The notes below the pieces were generated by a model. The model was not told the origin of the DNA and did no database searches. It was given only the letters and a program-made list of their open reading frames with translations. A DNA stretch of 64,000 bases from an uncultured Desulfobacterales bacterium (lineage in GTDB: Bacteria; Desulfobacterota; DSM-4660; Desulfatiglandales; HGW-15): assembly GCA_964443135.1 (NCBI GenBank), contig CAYUBQ010000002.1, positions 10,888 through 74,887 of the forward strand. Reading direction: 5' to 3'. Numbering within the stretch: position 1 is the stretch's first letter; each line of letters opens with the position of its first letter. The position numbers and the translations under genes are program-made. Positions 25,457-33,343 of the stretch are shown in pieces.

Positions 25457-26460
25457 GGCTTCGGCTCCACCGGGTGGAAGCACCGGACCCAGTGGCCCGG
25501 CTCGATCTCGACCTTCTCCGGCCGCCCCTTCCGGCAGTCGGCCGAGGCCGACGGGCAGCGCGGGTGGAACCGGCAGCCCTCCGGCGGCCGGAGCAGGCTG
25601 GGGACCTCCCCCGGGATGTCCCGGATGTCGCCCTCGGGGTTGGGCAGGCTCTCCAGGAGCTCCCGGGTGTAAGGGTGCCCCGGCCGTTCGAAGAGGCGCT
25701 CCGAAGGGGCGTCCTCCATGTCCTGACCGGCGTACATGACCACGATGCGCCGGCAGATCTGGCTCGCCACGCCCAGATCGTGGGTGATGAAGAGGACCGA
25801 GACGTTCATCTCCCGAACCAGGCCTCGGAGGAGGGCCAGGATCTGGGCCTCCACGGTCACGTCCAGGGCCGTCGTGCACTCGTCCGCGATGACCAGGCTC
25901 GGCCGGGGGAGGAGCGCCATGGCGATCATGAGACGCTGGCGCTGTCCCCCGCTGAACTGGTGCGGGTACTTTTTGAGCTGCTCCCAGGGCGAGGGGATGT
26001 GCACCTCGCGGAGCATGTCCCGGACCCGTTCCATCTCGAGGCTTCCGGACGGGCTCCGGCCGCCCTTCCACTTGAGGATGTCCCGTACCTGGGTCCCCAC
26101 GGTGAAGACCGGGTTCAGGGAGTTGAAGGGGTCCTGGGGGACCAGGGAAATTTCCCTTCCCCGGACCGTGGCGTTGAGCTCCTTCTCGGGCATGGCCAGC
26201 AGGTCCCGGTGGTCGAACCGGATGCTCCCTCCGGTGATCCGGGCCGACGGGGGAAGAATGCGGAGCACGCCGCGGACCGTGGTGGTCTTGCCGGACCCGC
26301 TCTCGCCGATCAGGCCCACCACCTCGCCGCGCCCCACGAAGAGCTGCACCCGGTCCAGGGCCTGCACCACCCCCCGGTCCGTGTGAAAGTGCACGGTGAG
26401 ATCGTTCACCTCCAGCAGCCTGTCGCCCGAATTCGTCACACCCTTCTTGTCAGCCTCCAA
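25453..26460 (-). CDS. peptide/nickel-type ABC transporter ATP-binding protein (DppD/OppD-like)
   Basis: GESGSGKTT, FSGGQRQR, and VIADECTTALD. The start is uncertain: TTG at 26460 as in the track, or GTG at 26439. Confidence 0.88.
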   Translation of the reverse strand: MEADKKGVTNSGDRLLEVNDLTVHFHTDRGVVQALDRVQLFVGRGEVVGLIGESGSGKTTTVRGVLRILPPSARITGGSIRFDHRDLLAMPEKELNATVRGREISLVPQDPFNSLNPVFTVGTQVRDILKWKGGRSPSGSLEMERVRDMLREVHIPSPWEQLKKYPHQFSGGQRQRLMIAMALLPRPSLVIADECTTALDVTVEAQILALLRGLVREMNVSVLFITHDLGVASQICRRIVVMYAGQDMEDAPSERLFERPGHPYTRELLESLPNPEGDIRDIPGEVPSLLRPPEGCRFHPRCPSASADCRKGRPEKVEIEPGHWVRCFHPVEPKP

Positions 26461-26562
26461 TCGCCTGGTCGCATGCTCGATCTGTTTTCCGCGCCTTTTC
26501 CTTCTGGGCTCTGATCTCTTCTTTCATTTTTTCTCACCTTTCACTGTCAACCCTCACCGCCT

Positions 26563-27417
26563 TCAGTCGAACCCCCTCCGGATCCTCGGGTCGAGGATGT
26601 CCCGCAGACCGTCCCCCAGCATGTTGAACCCCATCACCACGATGAAGATGGCGAGCCCCGGAAAGGTGGCATACCACCAGGCATCGGGCAGGTACTGGCG
26701 GGACTCGGCGATGGTCACTCCCCACTCCGGCGTGGGAGGCTGGGCGCCCACCCCCAGGAAGCCCAGGGTGGCGGCCGTGAGGATGGTGAACCCCATGCCG
26801 ATGGAGCTTCGCACGATGATGGAGGAGGAGACGTTGGGCAGCACGTGGAGCAGGATGGTCCGGATGCTTCCGGCCCCCACCGCCTCCGTGGCCTCCAGGA
26901 AGGCCCGCTTCTTGAGGGCCCGCGTCTCCGCGTAGACGATCCGCGTGAACCAGGGCCAGTAGGTGATGGAGAGGGCCAGGATGACGCTTCGAATGCTCGG
27001 CCGGAACGACTGGGCCAGGAAGATGGCCAGGATCACCTGCGGGATGGCGAGAAAGATGTCGGCCACCCGCATGATGCCCTCGCTGAAGAGGTTCTCGAAG
27101 TAGCCGGCCACCAGCCCCAGGGGAACCCCGATGAGGAGCGACGCCCCCACGGCGATCACGGCGATGACCAGCGTCACCCGGGTGCCGAAGAGGAGCCGGC
27201 TCAGGATGTCCCGGCCCATGCTGTCCGTCCCAAGCAGGTGCTCGGCCGAAGGGGACTTCAGCCGCTCCGCCGGGTGGATCTGGAAGGTATCCTCGGGATA
27301 GGGCGCCAGCACCGGAGCGAACAGGGCCGCCAGGACCAGCACGAAGATGATGACGAACCCGATGAAGGCGAGCCGGTCGCGGGTGAACCTTTTCCATGCC
27401 AGGCGAAACCTTTTCAT
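26563..27417 (-). CDS. ABC transporter permease (DppC/OppC-like)
   Basis: MKRFRLAWKRFTRDRLAFIGF...HLLGTDSMGRDILSR. Start at the complement of 27415-27417. Confidence 0.9.
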   Translation of the reverse strand: MKRFRLAWKRFTRDRLAFIGFVIIFVLVLAALFAPVLAPYPEDTFQIHPAERLKSPSAEHLLGTDSMGRDILSRLLFGTRVTLVIAVIAVGASLLIGVPLGLVAGYFENLFSEGIMRVADIFLAIPQVILAIFLAQSFRPSIRSVILALSITYWPWFTRIVYAETRALKKRAFLEATEAVGAGSIRTILLHVLPNVSSSIIVRSSIGMGFTILTAATLGFLGVGAQPPTPEWGVTIAESRQYLPDAWWYATFPGLAIFIVVMGFNMLGDGLRDILDPRIRRGFD

Positions 27418-28433
27418 GTCTCCGCCTTCCTGGGGTCGATGAGGGACAGGGCGATGTCCACGAGGAGGTTCACGGTCACGTAGGCGATCCCCGCCCACAG
27501 GGTCACGCCGAGGATCGCCTGGTAGTCCGATAGCACGATGGCGTTGAAGGCGTAGAGCCCCAGCCCGGGCCAGTCGAACACGGTTTCGATCACCACGGTC
27601 CCGGCAAGGAGCAGCCCGAAGAGGAGCCCGATCTGGGTGACCGTGGCGATGATGGCATTCCGGAGAAGGTACTTGTAGACGACGAGCCCGGGGGGCAGGC
27701 CCATGGCCCGCTCATAGGTGATGAAGTCCTGCTGGACCACATCCAGGACCCCGGAGCGGGTGAACCGCGTGATGGTGGCGAAGGAAGCGAAGGCCAGGGT
27801 GAGGGCCGGCAGGATCATGTGGACCGAGGCGCTCCAGAGGGCCCCGCCGTTCAGGGTCAGGAGTGCATCCAGGATGTACATGCCCGTGATGGCGGCCGGG
27901 GGATCGACGTCCATGCCGATGCGTCCCCCGAGGGGGGTGATCCCCAGCCACATGCTGAAAAAGAGCTGCATCATGATCCCCAGCCAGAAGCTGGCGATGG
28001 CGAGCCCGGCCACGGTCACCCCGCGGAGGAGGTGGTCCAGGGCCGAGTTCCGTTTGAGCGCGGCCACGATCCCCAGGGGGACGCCGATGAGGATGGAGAG
28101 CCCCATGGAGACCAGGGTGAGCTCGAGGGTTGCGGGGAAGCGGTCCACCAGGTCGTCGAACACCTTGCGCCCGGAGTAGAGACTCTTGCCCATGTCCCCC
28201 CGGGCCAGGCGCTTCAGGTAGAGGACGAGCTGCACGTGAAGGGGCTCGTCGAACCGGTACTGCTTGCGGAGCTGCTCCACCTGCTCGGGCGTGGCCATCT
28301 CGCCGGCCACCAGGGCGGCGGGATCGGCCGGGATCACGCGCGAGATCACGAACACCAGGACGAGGAGCCCCAGGATCGTGGGCACGGCATAGACCATTCG
28401 CTTGAACGCGTAGATGAGGAGGCTGCGATTCAT
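27414..28433 (-). CDS. ABC transporter permease (DppB/OppB-like)
   Basis: MNRSLLIYAFKRMVYAVPTILGLLVLVFVISRVIPADP. ATGA overlap with the downstream permease. Confidence 0.9.
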   Translation of the reverse strand: MNRSLLIYAFKRMVYAVPTILGLLVLVFVISRVIPADPAALVAGEMATPEQVEQLRKQYRFDEPLHVQLVLYLKRLARGDMGKSLYSGRKVFDDLVDRFPATLELTLVSMGLSILIGVPLGIVAALKRNSALDHLLRGVTVAGLAIASFWLGIMMQLFFSMWLGITPLGGRIGMDVDPPAAITGMYILDALLTLNGGALWSASVHMILPALTLAFASFATITRFTRSGVLDVVQQDFITYERAMGLPPGLVVYKYLLRNAIIATVTQIGLLFGLLLAGTVVIETVFDWPGLGLYAFNAIVLSDYQAILGVTLWAGIAYVTVNLLVDIALSLIDPRKAET

Positions 28434-28497
28434 GAAAAACAGATGCCTCCCTCCCCTGCGCGGGGAGGGAGGCGGTGTCGGGTTGTCCGGATGTGGA

Positions 28498-30108
28498 TCA
28501 CGCCAAGTGGATCCAGCGGCACTCCTGCCCGTTTCCAACGGGGCAGAACCGCAGCCCCTCGACACTCTTGCGGTACGGTCCGTACCACTTGGTGTTGTAG
28601 ATCCAGATGTCGGCCGCGTCGTCCACCACGATCCGGCTCGCCTTCTCGTAGAGCTCCTTGCGCACGGGGCGGTCGCTCACGGTCCGGGCGCGGGCGAGGA
28701 GATCGTCCACCTCCGGGTTCTTGTACCAGGAGGAGGCCTTCCAGGCGCCCCAGCGGGAGGAGCTGTACATCTCGCCGATCCAGTTCTCCGGATCCGCGTA
28801 GTAGGTGCTCACCCAGTGGATCCACATGTCCGGAGAGGTGTCCATGTCCTTGGCCTTGCCCGAGAGGGTCGGCCAGGTCTCGCGGACGATGTTCACCTCG
28901 ATCCCGATCTGCCGCAGACCTGCCTGGAGGATCAATGCGGCGTCGTCGGTCTGGGAGTACCCGGTCATGGGGTGGATGTTGAGCGGCCGGTCCACCTTGA
29001 CCTTGGCCTTGGCCAGCTCGGCCTTGGCCTTCCCCAGGTCGAAGGAGTAGCCCTTCAGGTCGTCCGGAGAACCCCACATGTTGTTGGGGATGGGGCCGGG
29101 GTTCCGCGCCACCCGGCCCTTGAGGATCTCGTTGTTGAAGGAGCCGTAGTCGAAGGCGTAGCTGATGGCGCGGCGTACATGGACGTCGTTGAACGGGGGG
29201 CGCTGGTTGTGCATCCGGATCAGGAAGATCCGCATGGACTGCTCCTCGTAGACGTTGATGTCCTTTGCCCCCTCGAGCTTGGCGATCTGCTCCACGGGGA
29301 GGTAGCCGTCGCAGCCGTGGATGTCCCCCTTCATGAGGGACATGACCCTCGAGGCGGTCTCGTGGATGGTCCGAAACTCGATCCTGTCCACGTGCTTTCC
29401 TTCCCAGCCCATCCAGTGGTCCTTGAAGCGCTTTCCCTTCCAGCCCACGCCCGGGGTGTACTCCTCCAGGATATAGGCTCCCGATCCCGCCTCGTTCTGG
29501 CTGAGCCACTCGCTGCCCCAGGGACCGGGCTTGCCTTCCAACACCTTGGGGTTCACCACGCAGAAGGTGGGCAGGATACTGAGGAACGGCGCATAGGGCT
29601 CCTTGAGGGTGAAGGCCACGGTGTATCGGTCCACCGGTTTCACGCCCTCCGAATCGATCACCGGCTTGAACAGCGCCGATGCCCCCTTGCCCAGGGCCAG
29701 GAGCCGCTCCATGCTGTACTTGACCGCTTCGGCCGTGACCTCGTCGCCGTTGTGGAACTTCGCACCCTTGCGGAGCTTGAAGGTCCAGGTCCGCTCGTCG
29801 TCGCTCACGGTGAAGCTCTCGGCCAGCCAGGGATGAATCTTGGGCGGGTTGTCCAGGTACCGGTAAAGGTGATCGTACAGGTTGAGCCGGAGATTCTCCG
29901 AGGTCACGTCGTAGATGGCGTGGGGATCCATGCTCTGGAACTCGCTGGGTCCTCCCCAGATGAAGCGGGGCGACTCCGCCGCCCACGCGTGAAGGGGGTG
30001 GAGCTGAAGCCCCGAGAGTGCGAGCGATCCTACGCCGACGGTCTTGATGAAGTCCCGCCTGCTGATCCCCTTGCCGCTGTCTTTGCCGGATGGGCCTCTT
30101 CCTTCCAT
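28498..30108 (-). CDS. ABC transporter substrate-binding protein, family 5 (peptide/nickel), Tat signal
   Basis: Twin-arginine leader GISRRDFIKTVGVGSLALSG followed by a family-5 SBP body. Start at MEGRGPS (complement of 30106-30108) with AAGGAG 8 nt upstream. Confidence 0.88.
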   Translation of the reverse strand: MEGRGPSGKDSGKGISRRDFIKTVGVGSLALSGLQLHPLHAWAAESPRFIWGGPSEFQSMDPHAIYDVTSENLRLNLYDHLYRYLDNPPKIHPWLAESFTVSDDERTWTFKLRKGAKFHNGDEVTAEAVKYSMERLLALGKGASALFKPVIDSEGVKPVDRYTVAFTLKEPYAPFLSILPTFCVVNPKVLEGKPGPWGSEWLSQNEAGSGAYILEEYTPGVGWKGKRFKDHWMGWEGKHVDRIEFRTIHETASRVMSLMKGDIHGCDGYLPVEQIAKLEGAKDINVYEEQSMRIFLIRMHNQRPPFNDVHVRRAISYAFDYGSFNNEILKGRVARNPGPIPNNMWGSPDDLKGYSFDLGKAKAELAKAKVKVDRPLNIHPMTGYSQTDDAALILQAGLRQIGIEVNIVRETWPTLSGKAKDMDTSPDMWIHWVSTYYADPENWIGEMYSSSRWGAWKASSWYKNPEVDDLLARARTVSDRPVRKELYEKASRIVVDDAADIWIYNTKWYGPYRKSVEGLRFCPVGNGQECRWIHLA

Positions 30109-30205
30109 GATGGGTCTCCTTTCCATTGGGACTGCTGATGGTTCTGGTCTGGGGGCCGGCCTCGACCCTGCCCGGCGTCCTTTCTCCGAACGGTCTTCCG
30201 AAGAC

Positions 30206-30311
30206 TGACGCATTCGCAAAAACCCGCTCACGCACCGCTGGGGACGATATCACCGGTTCATCTCCCAGGGACAGATCTCGAGGACACGGGCTTTTGTACG
30301 ACTCCATCAAG
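30206..30311 (+). repeat. copy B of the ~106-nt intergenic repeat family
   Basis: Fills nearly the whole gap between the aminotransferase stop (30314) and the SBP leader. Here it is in the opposite orientation relative to the flanking genes compared with copy A. Confidence 0.8.
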
Positions 30312-30313
30312 AC

Positions 30314-31156
30314 TCAAGCCGGTCGGACCCGATTCCGTAAGGCGGCCTGAAGCCTGCGCGTGACCGGACCGGGTCCGGAGGCCCTGAACCCGCCGTTCAG
30401 GAACCGGAGAACCGGGGTGACCTCCACGGTGGTGCCCACGATCATGATCTCCTCCGCCCGTTCGGCCCGCTCCACCGGAAGGGCCTCCTCTCGGACCGGG
30501 ATGTGGAGCTCCCGGCAGAGATCCAGGACCACGGAGCGGGTGATGCCGCCGAGGATGGCGTCCGTCCGGGGCGGGGTGACGACCTCCCCGCCGAAGGCGG
30601 CCAGCACATTGCTGTGGGTGCCCTCCGTCAGAACGCCTTCCCGCTCGAAGAGCGCCTCGGAGGCGCCGGCGTCCATGGCCTCCTGGTGGGCCAGGACGTT
30701 GGGAAGAAGCCCGATCGTCTTGAGATCGCATCGGGCCCAACGCCGGTCCGGCGCGAGGATCACATCGACGCCGTGCTCCATCTCCTCCACATGGGGAGCG
30801 AAAGAGCGTGCAGAGGCGAAAACCGTGAGGGGCGTTCCCTCCGGGGGAAACCGGTGGGTGCGGGGCGCCGCCCCCCGCGTCACCTGCAGGTAGACCGTGG
30901 CGTCCCCCCCCATGAGCCCGTTTCTCGCCACGAGGCTCTCGGCCACCTCGGCGAGGGAACCGAAGTCGGTTTCGTGAAACCGCAGGGCCCGGGCGCCCCG
31001 CGCCAGCCGCTCCAAGTGGGCTCGGGTCTCGAAAAGCCTTCCTTCGTAGCTTCGAATGACCTCGTAGAGGCCGTCGGCGAACAGGAAACCGCGGTCATCC
31101 GGTGAAACGGCGACCTCGTCCCTGTCCAGATACAGGCCGTTGAAGTAAGCGATCAT
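30314..31156 (-). CDS. class IV aminotransferase (D-amino-acid / branched-chain transaminase fold)
   Basis: DRGFLFADGLYEVIR, ...CDLKTIGLLPNVLA..., and LTEGTHSNVLA motifs. Start at MIAYFNG (complement of 31154-31156). Confidence 0.85.
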   Translation of the reverse strand: MIAYFNGLYLDRDEVAVSPDDRGFLFADGLYEVIRSYEGRLFETRAHLERLARGARALRFHETDFGSLAEVAESLVARNGLMGGDATVYLQVTRGAAPRTHRFPPEGTPLTVFASARSFAPHVEEMEHGVDVILAPDRRWARCDLKTIGLLPNVLAHQEAMDAGASEALFEREGVLTEGTHSNVLAAFGGEVVTPPRTDAILGGITRSVVLDLCRELHIPVREEALPVERAERAEEIMIVGTTVEVTPVLRFLNGGFRASGPGPVTRRLQAALRNRVRPA

Positions 31157-31220
31157 GGTGATCGATCCGTGGGTTCTCGTGTCTTCGAAAGCCGCGTGGG
31201 GCAATGATCTCGGAGGCTTC

Positions 31221-31249
31221 ACCTTAGGTCAGCCGACGCGTCCTGTCAA
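31221..31249 (-). promoter_or_regulatory. sigma70-type promoter candidate for the aminotransferase/ABC operon (TTGACA-N17-TAAGGT, minus strand)
   Basis: -35 is the complement of 31244-31249 and -10 is the complement of 31221-31226. Confidence 0.45.
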
Positions 31250-31393
31250 CGGTCAGACGGCTCTTTTCTGATTCCGGAGGCAGAACATACGCCCAGGATT
31301 TGCCTTGACACACCGCACCCCGAGGGCGTGCAATGGGAGAAGCAACAGGCACCTGCGACAAACTGGTATCCTGCCTTCACTCGAGGACCGGCC

Positions 31394-32497
31394 ATGCAGA
31401 ACCCGCCCTCTCCGGATCCGATCCGATTTCTCCGGTTCACCATGGACAACCTGCCCATCGGCGTGCTCACCGTGGACGCGAGCAGAAGGGTGACCAGCTT
31501 CAACCCGCAGGCCGAGACCGTCACCGGGTACTCGAAGGAGGAGGTGCTGGGAAGGTTCTGCGGCGAGGTGCTCCAGGGCGGCATGTGCAAGGAACAGTGC
31601 CCGCTGGCGAGCGTGATCCGGAGGCGGGCCCCCATGGTCCAGCTGGAGACCACCATCCGGGACCGCCACGGCAGGACCATCCCGGTCCGTCTTCAGACCG
31701 CCGCGCTGCTCGACGACGACGGCCGGCTCATCGGCGGGGTGGAGACCTTCCAGGACATCACCTACATCAAGGGCCTCGAGCGCGACAAGGCCGCATTCGT
31801 CTCCATGGTCGCCCACGACATGAAGTCGTCGCTCACCGTCATCGGGGGGTTCGCCCGCAGGCTCAGCAAGCCGCGGGTCCGGAAGAACGAGGAGAAGCTG
31901 GGACGGTATCTGGAGATCGTCCTGAACGAGACGGAACGGCTCGAGTCCATGATCCGGGACTTCCTGGAGTTTTCCCGGCTCGAGACCGGATCGCTCAAAC
32001 TGGAGTTCCGCCCCGTGTCCCTGAACGAGGTGATCGAGCAGCTTGCGGCCACCTACCAGGTGCAGGCGGAGCAGCTCGGGATCCGGCTGGAGGTGGGCAC
32101 CGACCCGGAGCTGGGGTCCCTGACCGCCGACGCCGAGCGCCTGAGACGGGTCTTCAAGAACCTCCTGGACAACGCGCTCAAGTTCTCCGACCCCGGGGGG
32201 AGGGTGAGGATCACCACGCAGGACGCGGGCCCCTTCGTGCAGGTCCGCGTCGAGGACGAGGGGGTGGGGATCGAAGAGGCGGAGCTGCCCCACATCTTCG
32301 ACCCCTACTTCCGCGCGAACAACCGGCCCGAGGCGAGCGGTTTCGGCGTCGGCCTCGCCGCGGTCAAAGCGGTGGTGGAAGGGCACGGAGGGCGCGTCGA
32401 GGTGGAAAGCGAGCCGGGACGCGGGTCCGTATTCACCGTCCACCTGCCCAGGGTCCCGGCGCCGGAGGACGCCGCGGCGCAGCCGGCGCGCAGCTAG
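31394..32497 (+). CDS. cytoplasmic PAS-domain sensor histidine kinase
   Basis: PAS domain (LPIGVLTVDASRRVTSFNPQAETVTGYSKEEVLG) with a Cys-rich insert, H-box FVSMVAHDMKSSLT, and N/G boxes. Start at MQNPPSP (31394). Confidence 0.88.
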   Translation: MQNPPSPDPIRFLRFTMDNLPIGVLTVDASRRVTSFNPQAETVTGYSKEEVLGRFCGEVLQGGMCKEQCPLASVIRRRAPMVQLETTIRDRHGRTIPVRLQTAALLDDDGRLIGGVETFQDITYIKGLERDKAAFVSMVAHDMKSSLTVIGGFARRLSKPRVRKNEEKLGRYLEIVLNETERLESMIRDFLEFSRLETGSLKLEFRPVSLNEVIEQLAATYQVQAEQLGIRLEVGTDPELGSLTADAERLRRVFKNLLDNALKFSDPGGRVRITTQDAGPFVQVRVEDEGVGIEEAELPHIFDPYFRANNRPEASGFGVGLAAVKAVVEGHGGRVEVESEPGRGSVFTVHLPRVPAPEDAAAQPARS

Positions 32498-32931
32498 CCC
32501 CGGACCGACTTTTTCATGTAGGACTCCAGGGCCTCCTGGAGGGTGGCCGCCGCGAGGAACGCACAGTGCCGATCCTCTTCCGGAAGACCGCCCAGAATGC
32601 CGAGAATGGCCTCGCCGGAGATCTCCGTGACCTCGTCCGGGCTCTTTCCCAGGGCCAGCTCCGCGGCGAACGACCCGCAGACCGCGCTGGAGCCGCAACC
32701 GTCGGTCCGGTAGGCCGCCTCCGAGACGCGGTCCTCCCGGAGACGCAGGAAGATCTCCATGGTGTCCCCGCACGAACCGGTGAGCCGCCCGTACCCGTCC
32801 GGATTCTCCAGGGCGCCTTCGTATCGGGGGTTGCGCCACCGTTCGTAGGCCACCTCCCCGTAGTCCTGCCTGGCTTCCTCGTAGACCTGCTCCTGCAGGT
32901 CGCGAACAAACGCGTCGAAATCGTCGGCCAC
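32494..32931 (-). CDS. NifU/IscU N-terminal-domain Fe-S cluster scaffold-like protein
   Basis: GSCGDTMEIFL...DGCGSSAVCGS...LPEEDRHCAFLAAATL, the three-Cys IscU pattern. GTG start (complement of 32929-32931) with AAGGAGGA 8 nt upstream. Confidence 0.8.
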   Translation of the reverse strand: MADDFDAFVRDLQEQVYEEARQDYGEVAYERWRNPRYEGALENPDGYGRLTGSCGDTMEIFLRLREDRVSEAAYRTDGCGSSAVCGSFAAELALGKSPDEVTEISGEAILGILGGLPEEDRHCAFLAAATLQEALESYMKKSVRG

Positions 32932-33072
32932 CGTCCTGGTCCTCCTTGATCTGCAGCCGGCCCCGGGGGCCGGCGCCGGTCCTGATGACGATCCATGGTG
33001 CCTGATACTGTTTTGAACTGCAACGCAAATTGATACCATGAAACCGCTCTCGAAACGATCGTGAAACAGGTC

Positions 33073-33101
33073 TTGACAACCATGTGTATACGGTATACAA
33101 A
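33073..33101 (+). promoter_or_regulatory. TTGACA -35 box followed by a perfect 7-1-7 palindrome TGTATACgGTATACA (33085-33099) covering the -10 region: promoter plus operator candidate
   Basis: TTGACA at 33073-33078, with TATACA/TACAAA at spacers of 15-17 nt. The palindrome is exact. Confidence 0.45.
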
Positions 33102-33152
33102 AGCGGTTCTGCATCGCTCTTTACCGTGAAAATACCCCTCGGTGGGCCGGGC

Positions 33153-33222
33153 GTAGGGCGGCATTTCATATGCCGCCGCAAGGTTGGCGACAAGCACGGC
33201 GGGGTGTAAAACCCCGCCCTAC
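33153..33222. repeat. REP-like doublet: two GTAGGGCGG-headed hairpins in inverted orientation
   Basis: 33153-33177 is GTAGGGCGGCATTTCATATGCCGCC. The reverse complement of 33198-33222 is GTAGGGCGGGGTTTTACACCCCGCC. Each folds into its own 7-8-bp hairpin. Confidence 0.6.
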
Positions 33223-33343
33223 GAAAACCCCTGTTTTCATCAGCGGGGGTGACCGGACGCCGGTCATGGACGTTTGAACCGAAACCCCGCCCGTCTGGAC
33301 AGGCCCCGCATCCTGCCGCCTGCGCTTCCGGAGGTTCGTGCTC

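Noticed and set aside
26450-26527. 25-aa ORF (MKEEIRAQKEKARKTDRACDQAIGG) in the 102-nt gap between the permease and ATPase genes
   Set aside because: No Shine-Dalgarno, no conservation evidence available, and it overlaps the ATPase start. It is most likely just an intergenic spacer, although that spacer is unusually AT-rich.
33024-33038. Sigma54-like TGGTATCAATTTGCG on the minus strand upstream of the NifU-like gene
   Set aside because: The GG and GC dinucleotides are separated by 9 nt instead of the invariant 10. No enhancer-binding protein is nearby.
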